IMG/VR virus record: IMGVR_UViG_3300031994_002305
Location: 165,073-229,072 of that record
Direction: 5' to 3' (one strand)
Source of the DNA: a virus
Lineage: Duplodnaviria; Heunggongvirae; Uroviricota; Caudoviricetes
DNA length: 64,000 bases
Part shown: positions 49,191-58,639 of the stretch, one piece after another
Position numbering within the stretch: position 1 is the stretch's first letter
Layout: each line of letters opens with the position of its first letter
Notes under the pieces: model-generated
Database searches by the model: none
Told to the model about the DNA's origin: nothing
The model's input: the letters and a program-made list of their open reading frames with translations, nothing else
Position numbers and translations under genes: made by a program

Positions 49191-50951
49191 ATGTATAATG
49201 AACAAAATGGCGCAGTTACATGGGAAAAAATGTTGAAAGAAAACTTCAACGTTAATGACCAGGAAAAACTTAACTGGGTTTCTCAATATGCTGCTATTCA
49301 CGAAATTCATGAATCTCAATTAGGTATTAACGGTGGTAATGTAGTTCCATCTGCAGCTCATCCTGGAGTTAACCCATTATATGCTACACCAATGAATACT
49401 CTTGGTATTGGCAATCCTACAGCTCCAAGTCAATTAGATCCAATGAGCACAGCACCTTATAATGCTGCAAATCCTACAGGTTCATTCTGGGGACAAACTC
49501 CTGGTTCTGGTGATATTCCAGTATCAACACTTCCAATGGCTCTTAATATTGCTTTATTAACTATTGGTCTTGAACTTGTTCCTGTTATCCCTTCAAAGGG
49601 TCCTTGGGCTATGTTAACATATATGGACTTCCCTTACGCTGGTGGTAAACTTGGTCGTATCAATGAAACTTCATTTGATGGTAAAGGCGAAGGTAACGAA
49701 AACAAGCCTATTTATATTAAGATTAAGGGTCTTACTCTTACTCAAATCGCTGGTATCCGTGAAAAGATGGAAGACGGCACAGTTAAAGCTGATACTGCTG
49801 TTGAAGTAGGTGATTTCAAAGGTAAGTTCATTTCTCTTGGTCGTATGGATGCTTGCCCACTTGTTAAAGTTGTAGAAAGTGGTTCTAAATCAATCCGTGA
49901 AGCTTTTGCTACTGCAACTGCTGTTAAGTTAGGTACATATACAATCACATTAGCTGAAGCTGCTGAAGGTAAAGCTGCTCAAGCTGTTGAAGCTGACTTC
50001 GTACAAACTTCTGTAGATCTTGTTGATGGTTTTGCTAACTTCTTCGATGGTGGTAAGAATCCTATGACACGTGCTCAGAACGAAACTGGTACAGGTAATG
50101 TAATTGGTCTTCGTTTATTCAGCAAGTGGATCCAAATGGGTTCATACGAAGTAACTGGTACTGTTACACGTCAACAATTACAAGATCTTCCATTATATGG
50201 TGTTGATGCCGTATCTAAAGTTATGGAAGCTCTTCAAAACGAAATTACACAACACATCAACCAACGTATCCTTGAAAGAGTATTTGCTCTTGGTGTTACT
50301 AACGCTGTTCAACAAAAGGCTCGTCAAGGTGTAGACCTTAACTTATGGATGGGTGCTCATGGTGATACTGCATTCGCTACAGCTTTCGCTGGTGTACCTC
50401 ACTTCACAGATATCTATGGTCATGATCATAAGGCAACTTGGGGTAATGTTAAGAATGCTGAAGTTAATACTTCTGCTGAAAATCTTGCAACACGTCAACG
50501 TCGTATCATGTCTAAGGTTCTTGCTGCTGCTAACTTGATTCAATTAGTAGGTCGTCGTGGTCGTCCAACATGGATCGTAACAAACGGTCAAGTTGCTACT
50601 GCTTTACAAGACGTATCTGGTTATGTTGTAGCTCCAATGCTTAACACAATGTCTCAAGCTAATACACAGAACTTATACCACGCAGGTACTGTTGCTGGTC
50701 TTCAAGTTTACGTAGATCCTTACATGGACTGGAATGATACTCGTATCTGTATCGGTCGTAAGGGTGATGGTAATTCACCTGGTGTAATCTTCATGCCTTA
50801 TATCCTTGCTGATACAGTTTCTATTACTGCAGAAGGTACAATGGCTCCTAAGATGTTAGTTAACAGCCGTTACACTATTGCTGAAGCTGGTTTCTATCCA
50901 GAATTACAATATCTTACAATTGCTGTTGGCTCAGAATTCGGAATTATCTAA
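49191..50951 (+). CDS. putative major capsid protein
   Basis: Position directly after the protease/scaffold gene and before the tail sheath. The codon usage is GC-richer, as for highly expressed genes. It is Ala/Gly/Val/Thr-rich and about 586 aa. The N-terminal 'AAIHEIHESQ' has I-x-E sites consistent with T4-like propeptide processing. Followed by a very strong terminator. The start is moved from TTG 49176 to ATG 49191. Confidence 0.5.
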   Translation: MYNEQNGAVTWEKMLKENFNVNDQEKLNWVSQYAAIHEIHESQLGINGGNVVPSAAHPGVNPLYATPMNTLGIGNPTAPSQLDPMSTAPYNAANPTGSFWGQTPGSGDIPVSTLPMALNIALLTIGLELVPVIPSKGPWAMLTYMDFPYAGGKLGRINETSFDGKGEGNENKPIYIKIKGLTLTQIAGIREKMEDGTVKADTAVEVGDFKGKFISLGRMDACPLVKVVESGSKSIREAFATATAVKLGTYTITLAEAAEGKAAQAVEADFVQTSVDLVDGFANFFDGGKNPMTRAQNETGTGNVIGLRLFSKWIQMGSYEVTGTVTRQQLQDLPLYGVDAVSKVMEALQNEITQHINQRILERVFALGVTNAVQQKARQGVDLNLWMGAHGDTAFATAFAGVPHFTDIYGHDHKATWGNVKNAEVNTSAENLATRQRRIMSKVLAAANLIQLVGRRGRPTWIVTNGQVATALQDVSGYVVAPMLNTMSQANTQNLYHAGTVAGLQVYVDPYMDWNDTRICIGRKGDGNSPGVIFMPYILADTVSITAEGTMAPKMLVNSRYTIAEAGFYPELQYLTIAVGSEFGII

Positions 50952-51012
50952 ACAATATAAGAGACAATATCTCGCCTCTATATATTAATCCGATTCGTAA
51001 GAATCAAAAAAT

Positions 51013-51039
51013 GGACAGTTCGTGAGAACTGTCCTTTTT
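51013..51039 (+). terminator. rho-independent terminator (ggacagttc-gtga-gaactgtcc + TTTTT)
   Basis: Perfect 9-bp GC-rich stem, a GTGA tetraloop and a T5 tail, directly after the MCP gene. Confidence 0.7.
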
Positions 51040-51100
51040 AGTTTATTTCTTATTATCTATAATAATAAACAGGAATAAAGTTTTTTCAATTAGATCATAA

Positions 51101-51123
51101 AAATTTTATTTTTATTTAAATTG
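51101..51123 (+). promoter_or_regulatory. class-B (late-like) promoter motif AAATTTTATTTTTATTTAAATTG
   Basis: Conserved with the motifs at 47382 and 49115. Lies 75 nt upstream of the sheath ATG. Confidence 0.45.
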
Positions 51124-51197
51124 TATTTACTAAATAGGCTAATAAGCTTTAATAAATTACAATTAAGAATATAATAAATATAAAAAGATATACAAAT

Positions 51198-54100
51198 ATG
51201 GCAATTCCAGTACATTTGCAACAATTTAAAGCCGCAGGTATTTACCGTGTTGTTTTTGATCATTCTGCTGTTTTAAACCAAGATACTCAAATGCTTAGAT
51301 TAGTTGTTGGCTATTCTGAGGTTGGTCCTTTTAATGTACCAGTTTTGGTTAAAGACTCAACAGAATTTATCGCTTTATTCGGTAATATATCTAAAAAGCT
51401 TGAAAAACGTGGTATTTATTTCCACCGTTTAGCTTTACAGATGTTACAAGTAAGTCCAATTCTTTGTCTTAATCTTAAGAAATTTGATGGTGAAACAGTT
51501 CAAGGTGCTACAATCAGCACAGACTTTAATCCAAAGTTCACACCAATTGACACTGTTACTCTCAATGTAGAAGACATTTACGATACAACTCGTTTCTGGA
51601 CACTTGACGCATTAAAGCTTAATGGATTACGTTCTGTTGAAGGTGCATTAATGGATCAATACATTAATATATCTGCTACAAACGTAAAAGCAACATCTGC
51701 TACATATTTTATTCGTAAAGCTAGTGGCACAAAAGTTGCAGGCTATAACATTACAGTTAATGATTGGTATTCTGATGAAGAAATGCCTGAGTTCTTAGAA
51801 AAATATAAGAACAATTTAATTTCTGACTTCTTTGCAGAAATATATGTATTTAAAGGAAAATTTGAAGCTAAACAGGTTCTTGCATCTAATACATTAAAGA
51901 ATTATTTTATTGTAACAAATGAACTTGATGAAGATGGTAATCAAATACTTAAACTTCGCGATAAAGTAATTAATGCTTTCGGTGAATCTGTTGATACACT
52001 TGATGCATTATACAAAGATGAAACATCAGGAGCTTTAGGTCACTATGTTGGTTCAATTATTCCTTACTTCAAGAATAAGCAAGGTGCATATGCATGTCTT
52101 GATGTTATTTTCAATAGCGACCAAGAAACTCACAATATGATGCTTGCTTTCAATAATGATTTACTTGAAGAAGAAAATGCTGCTAATTTAGATCTTTCAG
52201 GTCGTTTATTAATTCCTACAGCAGCTAATCCTAATAAAGCAAATACATCATTAAGTCTTAAAAAGATTTATGAAGGTAATGCTACTACAACAGTTTTAGG
52301 TAATGTTGGTGCACCAGTTATTGCTGATGTTATTACATTCCATACAAACGTATATGATCCTGAAACACAAACTGCTGTACAAGACATATTCATTGGTAAA
52401 ACACGTATTGCTGGTACACTTTATGTTAAGGGTATTCTTAATGATTTAGATGTTGCTGCTGGTAAAGCTGGTCAAATCAAGCTTGCTCAAGTAGGTACAG
52501 AACAAGAAATTGTTATGACATTCTTCAATAACGTTGGAGAAGCAAACAAGACTATTGAAGCTGCTAAGAAACTTGGTGTTGAATTTGATAAAGATGGTAA
52601 TCCAATAGAAGGAAAAGGTACATATTGGCCTGCTGGAGATGCATTCCTTAATGCTAATGATCCACTTGCTGGTCCTCAAAAGGTTATTACTGCTCTTTCA
52701 CGTCTTGAAAATAAAGCTGAAGATGGCCAAGTTTATACTGATATTGATGAAAACATGAAACCTTCATTAAAAGCAGTTGAAGTTATGACAAATGCAAAAT
52801 TTGTAAATACTAATACTGTTGGAGCTGAATCTGTTTATGGTTCATCTGTTTCATTCATCGATTACACAGATAATAACTGGACATACGTCGAAGATGCTGA
52901 AATTATTAAGGGTGTTAAACAAGCTGCACTTATAGGTACTGCTGAATATGATACATCACTTATTAATGTTCTCCAAAAGGGCGATTGTATTTTAGCTAAA
53001 GATAATACAGTTGATTATAATGATAATGGAGAAGACGACGATACTGATGGATATGAAGACAATGTATATGTTCAAGATTTTGGTACAGTATATAATGAAG
53101 ATGGTTCATTCAAATTCTATTATGTACTTCTTTCTGCAGAACCATATCTTTACGAAATACGTGATGAAGAAACTGGTGCTTTACTTAACCAAAGCTTAGT
53201 TCGTGTAGATGCAGCTCTTAACCAAGAAATTGGTACAATGGTTCCTCAATATCTTGAAGGTTATACATATAAGAACGATCGTCCACTTGGAACTGGTATG
53301 TATGCTAAAGTTAAATGGCAAGAATTTATTTTCAAAGCATTAACTGATTATAAAGGTCTTCGTACAGGTCTTCTTAATAAGTCTGAAATTGATTATCGTT
53401 ATGTAATTGATACATTCGAATCATTCCCTGTAACAAATCTTAAGAGTGTTCTTTCATTCTTATGTAAAGAAAAACAATCTGCATTCTGTATTGCAAACTT
53501 CCCATCAGTACAAAACTTTATCAAGTGTCCTTACACTTCATTTACTGATAGCAAGGGTGTATTCAATGTAGAATATGTTGTTAAAGGTTTCAATAAGAAG
53601 AAAGCTGCTTCAATGATGTTCAGCTTACCAAGTGAAAATGATGGTGCTAGCTTCGTAGCATTCTATTCTCCATTAAAGTTCTCTGATGGTTATCTAGATA
53701 CAATAGTTCCATCTGCAGGTCTTGTATCTAACTTATTCGTTAATAAGTATATGACACGTCAACCATACTATATCGTTGCAGGTCCTAACTTCGGTAGTAT
53801 TACTGCATCTGGTCTTATTGGTCCTGACTACAAGTACTCACAAGATGAATTACAAATCATTGAACCATTTGGTGTTAACGTAATGGTATACCGTCCAAAC
53901 TTCGGTACATTCATTAATGCTAACCAAACAGCTAAGCAATCTCCAGTTTCAGCATTATCTAAGGTTAATGTTCGTGAACTTGTTATTTACTTACAAGATG
54001 AAATTGAAAAGGTTCTTCAACAATATCAATGGGAATTCAATAACCAACGTACACGTAATGCTATTCTTGATAGAGCTAATCAAATCTGCGCAATAATTGC

Positions 54101-54284
54101 AGCTAATGGTGGTATTCAAGCTTACAAGAATATCATGGATGAATCTAATAATGGTCCTGAAATCATTGATAACGAAATGGCTGTTATTACAACTCACATC
54201 GAACCAGGTATGGGTTGCGGTAAGATGGTACAAGAATTACACATCTGGAGAACTGGTCAGATGGCAGCAAATATTTCAGAATAA
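51198..54284 (+). CDS. tail sheath protein (contractile tail)
   Basis: The N-terminus 'AAGIYRVVFDHS ... LRLVVGYSEVGPFNVPVLVKDSTEFIALFG' follows the conserved sheath N-terminal pattern (PGVYxxExD ... vG ... GP-N-P-LV-S---F---FG). The gene is large (1028 aa) and immediately followed by a tube-sized gene. Confidence 0.55.
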   Translation: MAIPVHLQQFKAAGIYRVVFDHSAVLNQDTQMLRLVVGYSEVGPFNVPVLVKDSTEFIALFGNISKKLEKRGIYFHRLALQMLQVSPILCLNLKKFDGETVQGATISTDFNPKFTPIDTVTLNVEDIYDTTRFWTLDALKLNGLRSVEGALMDQYINISATNVKATSATYFIRKASGTKVAGYNITVNDWYSDEEMPEFLEKYKNNLISDFFAEIYVFKGKFEAKQVLASNTLKNYFIVTNELDEDGNQILKLRDKVINAFGESVDTLDALYKDETSGALGHYVGSIIPYFKNKQGAYACLDVIFNSDQETHNMMLAFNNDLLEEENAANLDLSGRLLIPTAANPNKANTSLSLKKIYEGNATTTVLGNVGAPVIADVITFHTNVYDPETQTAVQDIFIGKTRIAGTLYVKGILNDLDVAAGKAGQIKLAQVGTEQEIVMTFFNNVGEANKTIEAAKKLGVEFDKDGNPIEGKGTYWPAGDAFLNANDPLAGPQKVITALSRLENKAEDGQVYTDIDENMKPSLKAVEVMTNAKFVNTNTVGAESVYGSSVSFIDYTDNNWTYVEDAEIIKGVKQAALIGTAEYDTSLINVLQKGDCILAKDNTVDYNDNGEDDDTDGYEDNVYVQDFGTVYNEDGSFKFYYVLLSAEPYLYEIRDEETGALLNQSLVRVDAALNQEIGTMVPQYLEGYTYKNDRPLGTGMYAKVKWQEFIFKALTDYKGLRTGLLNKSEIDYRYVIDTFESFPVTNLKSVLSFLCKEKQSAFCIANFPSVQNFIKCPYTSFTDSKGVFNVEYVVKGFNKKKAASMMFSLPSENDGASFVAFYSPLKFSDGYLDTIVPSAGLVSNLFVNKYMTRQPYYIVAGPNFGSITASGLIGPDYKYSQDELQIIEPFGVNVMVYRPNFGTFINANQTAKQSPVSALSKVNVRELVIYLQDEIEKVLQQYQWEFNNQRTRNAILDRANQICAIIAANGGIQAYKNIMDESNNGPEIIDNEMAVITTHIEPGMGCGKMVQELHIWRTGQMAANISE

Positions 54285-54302
54285 TTTATTTTTATATAAA
54301 AG
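54283..54302 (+). promoter_or_regulatory. class-B-like motif AATTTATTTTTATATAAAAG
   Basis: Lies upstream of the tail tube gene and contains TATAAAA. Confidence 0.35.
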
Positions 54303-54334
54303 ATTGGGTATTCATAGTAATATCCAATCTTTAT
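54301..54334 (+). terminator. hairpin (agattgg ... ccaatct) after sheath gene
   Basis: 7-bp stem extendable to 10 with one mismatch, followed by TTTATAAAAAG. Probably a partial terminator. Confidence 0.35.
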
Positions 54335-54382
54335 AAAAAGTTTGAAAACGTTTTAAAAAATATATATTCATGAATATAATTT

Positions 54383-54967
54383 ATGGCTAATAATTTAACA
54401 CACTTACCTCATATATTGAATGTTGAATCAGGACGTATGAAATATGATCCAGTTCACAAGTCAATATTTGAAGTATATTTCACATTGCCAGCAGCTATCC
54501 AATCACAATTTGCAGCAGAAGAACTTATACTTACTGAACAAGTAACTACAGTATCTGGTCTTGATGTTCTTCAGAAGACAACTCCAGCATCTGCACAAAA
54601 CTTCTATGGTGTAACTGTATCTTACTTAAATCCTGTATTTGATACAACAGCTGCAGATATTACTATTAACTTCAACCTTAACCTTAAGAACGTAACAGAT
54701 AACTTCGTATTGAAAGTATTCCGTGCTTGGGAAAATATTTCATATAATCTTGCAGACGGTACTCGTTCAATTAAGACAGGTTATATTACAGATAACTTAC
54801 GTATAGCTGAAGCTAACCGTAATGGTGATATTTGGAGAAGCTATATCTTCCACCATGTAATGCTTACTGGTGTTACAGGTCTTGAAGATTTGGACTATAT
54901 GTCAAATGATGCTCGTCAACTTACTGCAACATTCCGTTGCGACTATTGGGAAGACGAATTATCTTAA
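54383..54967 (+). CDS. tail tube protein
   Basis: Protein of 194 aa immediately downstream of the sheath gene, in T4 gp18-gp19 order. Beta-rich composition. Followed by a bidirectional terminator. Confidence 0.5.
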   Translation: MANNLTHLPHILNVESGRMKYDPVHKSIFEVYFTLPAAIQSQFAAEELILTEQVTTVSGLDVLQKTTPASAQNFYGVTVSYLNPVFDTTAADITINFNLNLKNVTDNFVLKVFRAWENISYNLADGTRSIKTGYITDNLRIAEANRNGDIWRSYIFHHVMLTGVTGLEDLDYMSNDARQLTATFRCDYWEDELS

Positions 54968-54987
54968 TCGTAAATTTATAGGCGAAA

Positions 54988-55019
54988 TAAAAAGCTGGTA
55001 CTTAAGTACCAGCTTTTAT
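54988..55019. terminator. bidirectional terminator, perfect palindrome aaaagctggtac-ttaa-gtaccagctttt
   Basis: 10-bp stem flanked by A-run and T-run on both strands, between the convergent genes ending at 54967 (+) and 55016 (-). Confidence 0.7.
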
Positions 55020-55378
55020 TGTTTAAATATAATATCTGAAAAATATTTACCAAGTTTATCATCATATTCAATAAATTGTTTAAACATAACAATAAATTCT
55101 TGAACAGATATTTCATATAATTCATCCCAATTTGTTAGTTCTATTTCATTTAAATGTTCTTTTAAATACATCTTTTTATTGTAATCATTATAAACAATCA
55201 ATTTATAACTTCTATCAGAACTATATTTAATTGGAAATTTTTCATTAGTTATTTCATCAATCTTATAAATAAAATACTCAATATATTCATTAAACTTACG
55301 TTTCATAAATATATACTTATTTTTCATTCCTATTCCGCCATATATATTAAATTTTGGATTATTAAAAATTTTCTCCAT
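55016..55378 (-). CDS. hypothetical protein, isolated reverse-oriented gene inside structural module
   Basis: ORF of 120 aa on the opposite strand, bounded by the bidirectional terminator and an intergenic promoter region. Confidence 0.4.
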   Translation of the reverse strand: MEKIFNNPKFNIYGGIGMKNKYIFMKRKFNEYIEYFIYKIDEITNEKFPIKYSSDRSYKLIVYNDYNKKMYLKEHLNEIELTNWDELYEISVQEFIVMFKQFIEYDDKLGKYFSDIIFKQ

Positions 55379-55441
55379 ACTTTTCTATATTAAATTTATA
55401 ATTTTTTAAATCATTTATTAATTTATATTAAATAATAAAAA

Positions 55442-56281
55442 ATGGCAAAGAAAGAAAGAAAACAAATGACAGAAGAACAGAAGCGTGAACGTAAGCTTCA
55501 AAAATTGTATATCTATTATGCCAAAGCAGATTCAGAATTAGGATTGTCCGGTAAAGACGTTAACATTCAAGTGCAAAATCTTGTAACAGCTTGTTTGGAT
55601 ATACAATGTGAAATATGTAAGTCTTCAGACTCTATTAAGATTGATGACTTAACAAGAATTAAAGATATTACAAATATTGATAAAAAGACATATATGGATT
55701 TTGTTAATATTTGTAGATTGAAGAATAATGATAAACTTAAGGACAAGGCGATTCAAAAGTTTGAAACTGATTTTGAAAATAGATTAGTTAATGCTAATTT
55801 ACGACATGCATTCTTGGAGTCATATATGTCAGGTAATGAACTTAAAATTACTGATGGCGATAATTATGAATATAAGCCATTTAGTGATTATAGATCTGAA
55901 GAGTTTGAAAAAATTATGGAGGATTCTGCTAAGAAACGCGAGTACATTAATAAAGTTCTTTATGGACAATACAAGACATATGCAAAGGCAGCAGAATATA
56001 TTACTAAGCTTGAATTAACTTATGGAAAGTTTAAGCAATTAGTAGATTGGGAATATTATAAGGATGGTGGATATCCTACACCAACAACTCCTGCTAAGCT
56101 ATGGTCAATATTTAATCGTTTTAATGAATCATTACGATTAATTGATAAATATGGATTCACTCAACATGAAGCACTTAAAAAGGAATTTGGTCTTAATATT
56201 GAATTAACAAATCCTGCTCCTGTTCGTCATCCTTGGATGGTAGAAGATCCAACTATTGATAATGTAGATGAGGAAGAATAA
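55442..56281 (+). CDS. hypothetical protein (N-terminal Lys/Arg/Glu-rich)
   Basis: ORF, 279 aa. Confidence 0.5.
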   Translation: MAKKERKQMTEEQKRERKLQKLYIYYAKADSELGLSGKDVNIQVQNLVTACLDIQCEICKSSDSIKIDDLTRIKDITNIDKKTYMDFVNICRLKNNDKLKDKAIQKFETDFENRLVNANLRHAFLESYMSGNELKITDGDNYEYKPFSDYRSEEFEKIMEDSAKKREYINKVLYGQYKTYAKAAEYITKLELTYGKFKQLVDWEYYKDGGYPTPTTPAKLWSIFNRFNESLRLIDKYGFTQHEALKKEFGLNIELTNPAPVRHPWMVEDPTIDNVDEEE

Positions 56282-57086
56282 TATTGAAGTTGCATTATTT
56301 GGAGCATGTAGAAATGAAAATTTATATATTGAAGAATGGATTAACCATTATTTGAACTTAGGAGTAGATCACATATATTTAGTAGATAATAGCTCTGATA
56401 ATAGTTTAGAATCAATATGTAATAATTATAAAGAAAATGTTTCAATAATTGATTTACGTCAAAAAGAAAAGATGTATAGATTTGTAGATTACCAACCTAC
56501 ATTATATACATCTTTATATAATATATATCAAATAAAATATGATTGGTTATGTTTTTTTGATATTGATGAATTTTTGATGTTAAATAAAGATAATAATATA
56601 AAAGATTATTTAAATAGGGATATATTTAGTAATATAGACCAAATACATGTTACTTGGTTAACATTTGGTGATAATGAAAATATTTATTACGAAAACAAAC
56701 CCGTTGTTGAAAGATTTACTTCCATATCTAACAAGTATTATGATATATATAAAGAACATGCATTTGGAGTTAAAACAATATTGCATAATGGATTAGATTT
56801 ACATTTTCAAACTTGTCATACTGCAGTTTCAAATACTGATATACCATTAAGAACTTCAGATGGTACTGGATATTTATATGATCAATCGTATAGCACTCAT
56901 GATTATGGTGGGTATGAATTATCACAGTTAAATCATTATGAAACAAAATCAACTGAAGAATTCATTAACAAAAATGTTGTAGATAATATTGATTCATCAA
57001 TACAAAAATACTTTCAAATTAATGAATATTCAGATGAAAAACAAGCAATTTTAAATAAAATGCATGAAATTTATAATAAACCTTAA
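56268..57086 (+). CDS. glycosyltransferase, GT92/DUF23-like (GT-A)
   Basis: 'ENLYIEEWINHYLNLGVDHIYLVDNSSDNS' resembles the GT92 signature (l-EWIEYH---GV-HFYIYDN-S-D). Confidence 0.4.
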   Translation: MRKNNIEVALFGACRNENLYIEEWINHYLNLGVDHIYLVDNSSDNSLESICNNYKENVSIIDLRQKEKMYRFVDYQPTLYTSLYNIYQIKYDWLCFFDIDEFLMLNKDNNIKDYLNRDIFSNIDQIHVTWLTFGDNENIYYENKPVVERFTSISNKYYDIYKEHAFGVKTILHNGLDLHFQTCHTAVSNTDIPLRTSDGTGYLYDQSYSTHDYGGYELSQLNHYETKSTEEFINKNVVDNIDSSIQKYFQINEYSDEKQAILNKMHEIYNKP

Positions 57087-57087
57087 T

Positions 57088-57163
57088 AAAGACATCTAAA
57101 GCTCTAAAATTCTTTTTATAATTAATTTAATATAAATTGAATTTTAGAGCTTTAGATGTCTCT
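57088..57163. terminator. long perfect inverted repeat (23 bp arms, 26-nt AT loop) between convergent genes; adjacent 16-bp palindrome tctagatatatctaga
   Basis: Left arm 57088-57112 ('aaagacatctaaagctctaaaattc'), right arm 57139-57163. The second palindrome is at 57164-57179. Confidence 0.5.
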
Positions 57164-57207
57164 CTAGATATATCTAGAACGATATTTTATTTATTAATAT
57201 ATTTTAA

Positions 57208-57549
57208 CTATTTTTTATCTTTATTTTCAGATGATTCTATTGATTTATTATGTTTCATTAGATTAATAGATATGACGTCATTTAATGTATAACCTAAATC
57301 GGTTGCAATATTAGTGATATCAAATAATATGTCACCTAATGATATTATTGTTTTAAATTTATCTTCCTGTTCAAATGATCCATGTTTATCTAGTAAAACT
57401 TTATTTAATTTCTCAGATAGTTTTCCAATATTACTTTGTAATGTCATAATTACAGTAAAAGGACCAATTTCTGTAGGATAGTCTTTATATTTTAAAATTT
57501 GATTTTGATAATCATTAACCTCCATATTTGTTACCAAAATATTTTTCAA
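57208..57549 (-). CDS. MazG-like all-alpha NTP pyrophosphohydrolase (small)
   Basis: 'LSEKLNKVLLDKHGSFEQEDKFKTIISLGDILFDITNIATDLGYTLNDV' follows the MazG/HisE pattern (E..EL.....e....EL.D.L..l..la..lg.dl..). An alternative start (MEVNDY) lies 24 nt in. Confidence 0.35.
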   Translation of the reverse strand: MKNILVTNMEVNDYQNQILKYKDYPTEIGPFTVIMTLQSNIGKLSEKLNKVLLDKHGSFEQEDKFKTIISLGDILFDITNIATDLGYTLNDVISINLMKHNKSIESSENKDKK

Positions 57550-57886
57550 TATTATTTCCTAATTCATCAAACTGTTCATCTGACATATTAGGAAATGAAT
57601 TTTTATCAATTGTTATCGTTATTTGTTTTAGTGGTTTATTAAATATAACTGTTGAATTGATAATTAATTCATTTTTATTAATTTTATATTCTATTTTATT
57701 ATCTATTGAGTGTATGTTTCCTTCTTTACTTATTTTTTCTTGTAAGAATTTTGCAACAGCATCTTTCCAAATTTCACTATTATTGAATTTATCTTGTATC
57801 TTTTGTTCAAATGAAATATTATTTAATGCTTCATTTATTTTTGATTCAATATAACCTTCAATATTATTAACTAATCTAGTTTCCAT
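57515..57886 (-). CDS. hypothetical protein
   Basis: ORF, 123 aa. Confidence 0.4.
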   Translation of the reverse strand: METRLVNNIEGYIESKINEALNNISFEQKIQDKFNNSEIWKDAVAKFLQEKISKEGNIHSIDNKIEYKINKNELIINSTVIFNKPLKQITITIDKNSFPNMSDEQFDELGNNIEKYFGNKYGG

Positions 57887-57889
57887 GAT

Positions 57890-58633
57890 TTATTCACATA
57901 TAATTGGTATTAATTCTGCTCGTCTTTCTAGAAGTAAATCCCCATTAATTTCACACATATAATATGGTAATCCAGATACATTGTCATGTATATTTTCAAT
58001 TAATTCTTTTGTTTTTGATTCATCATTTAATTTGATTAAAAGTCCGCCGTCTAGTCTACCTAATCCCATAAATTTACCGTCATATTCAAATTGTTCATTA
58101 TGATCTTTTAATATAATATGAACATCTTTCTTATGAGAATATAATAATTTATAACTTATTTTCTTTAATGAATCAAAATCTCCTAATAATTTAATAATTG
58201 AACGTGGTGTTTTAGATTCTATGTAATTATTTGAATATTCTGGAAAATCAGCATCATATCCTTCTGAAAGTATATCTTCATGATTATTGAAATCTATAGG
58301 TCTACTTTCTTCTCTATTATCTCCAGTGCCATGTACAGTATTTGTTTCTTGACGTTCTTTAACTTTTTTCATACCGATATGCATTACATCTTCTAATGTA
58401 TGATTCATATCATCAGCAGTCGCCCATATATACCAAAGAACATCAGCTAATTCTTTCAATAAATCTTGTTTAATGTGTTCATCAAATTCTCCATTATTAT
58501 CACGTAAACATTTCTTTACCTTTTCAGCTGCTTCACCAGCTTCACCATTCATACCCAATATAGGATAAATAATTGGTAATTTACTATATACTTTTGAAGT
58601 AGACATAAAGTCTCCATATTCTTTAACTTCCAT
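57890..58633 (-). CDS. MazG-like NTP pyrophosphohydrolase domain protein with C-terminal extension
   Basis: 'GMNGEAGEAAEKVKKCLRDNNGEFDEHIKQDLLKELADVLWYIWATADDMNHTLEDV' matches the MazG 'EE(A/V)GEL-E--K------E-----EELGDVLwy-l-lA--lgidlE-v' motif. Confidence 0.5.
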   Translation of the reverse strand: MEVKEYGDFMSTSKVYSKLPIIYPILGMNGEAGEAAEKVKKCLRDNNGEFDEHIKQDLLKELADVLWYIWATADDMNHTLEDVMHIGMKKVKERQETNTVHGTGDNREESRPIDFNNHEDILSEGYDADFPEYSNNYIESKTPRSIIKLLGDFDSLKKISYKLLYSHKKDVHIILKDHNEQFEYDGKFMGLGRLDGGLLIKLNDESKTKELIENIHDNVSGLPYYMCEINGDLLLERRAELIPIICE

Positions 58634-58639
58634 ATGTCT

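Noticed and set aside
7915-49191. ORF-track start codons at 7915, 8243, 9585, 9808, 19220, 22936, 47465 and 49176 (TTG) and at 25005 (internal ATG).
   Set aside because: In every case an ATG lies a few codons downstream, directly after the previous gene's stop or after the promoter core. Using it removes overlap with the promoter cassette or the upstream gene, and at 19232 and 25020 it restores the conserved MKDI tag. Starts were corrected accordingly.
54097-55103. + strand ORFs 54097-54336 and 54870-55103 overlapping the sheath/tube gene ends.
   Set aside because: They are alternative frames of real genes, or run through the bidirectional terminator into the antisense of 55016-55378.
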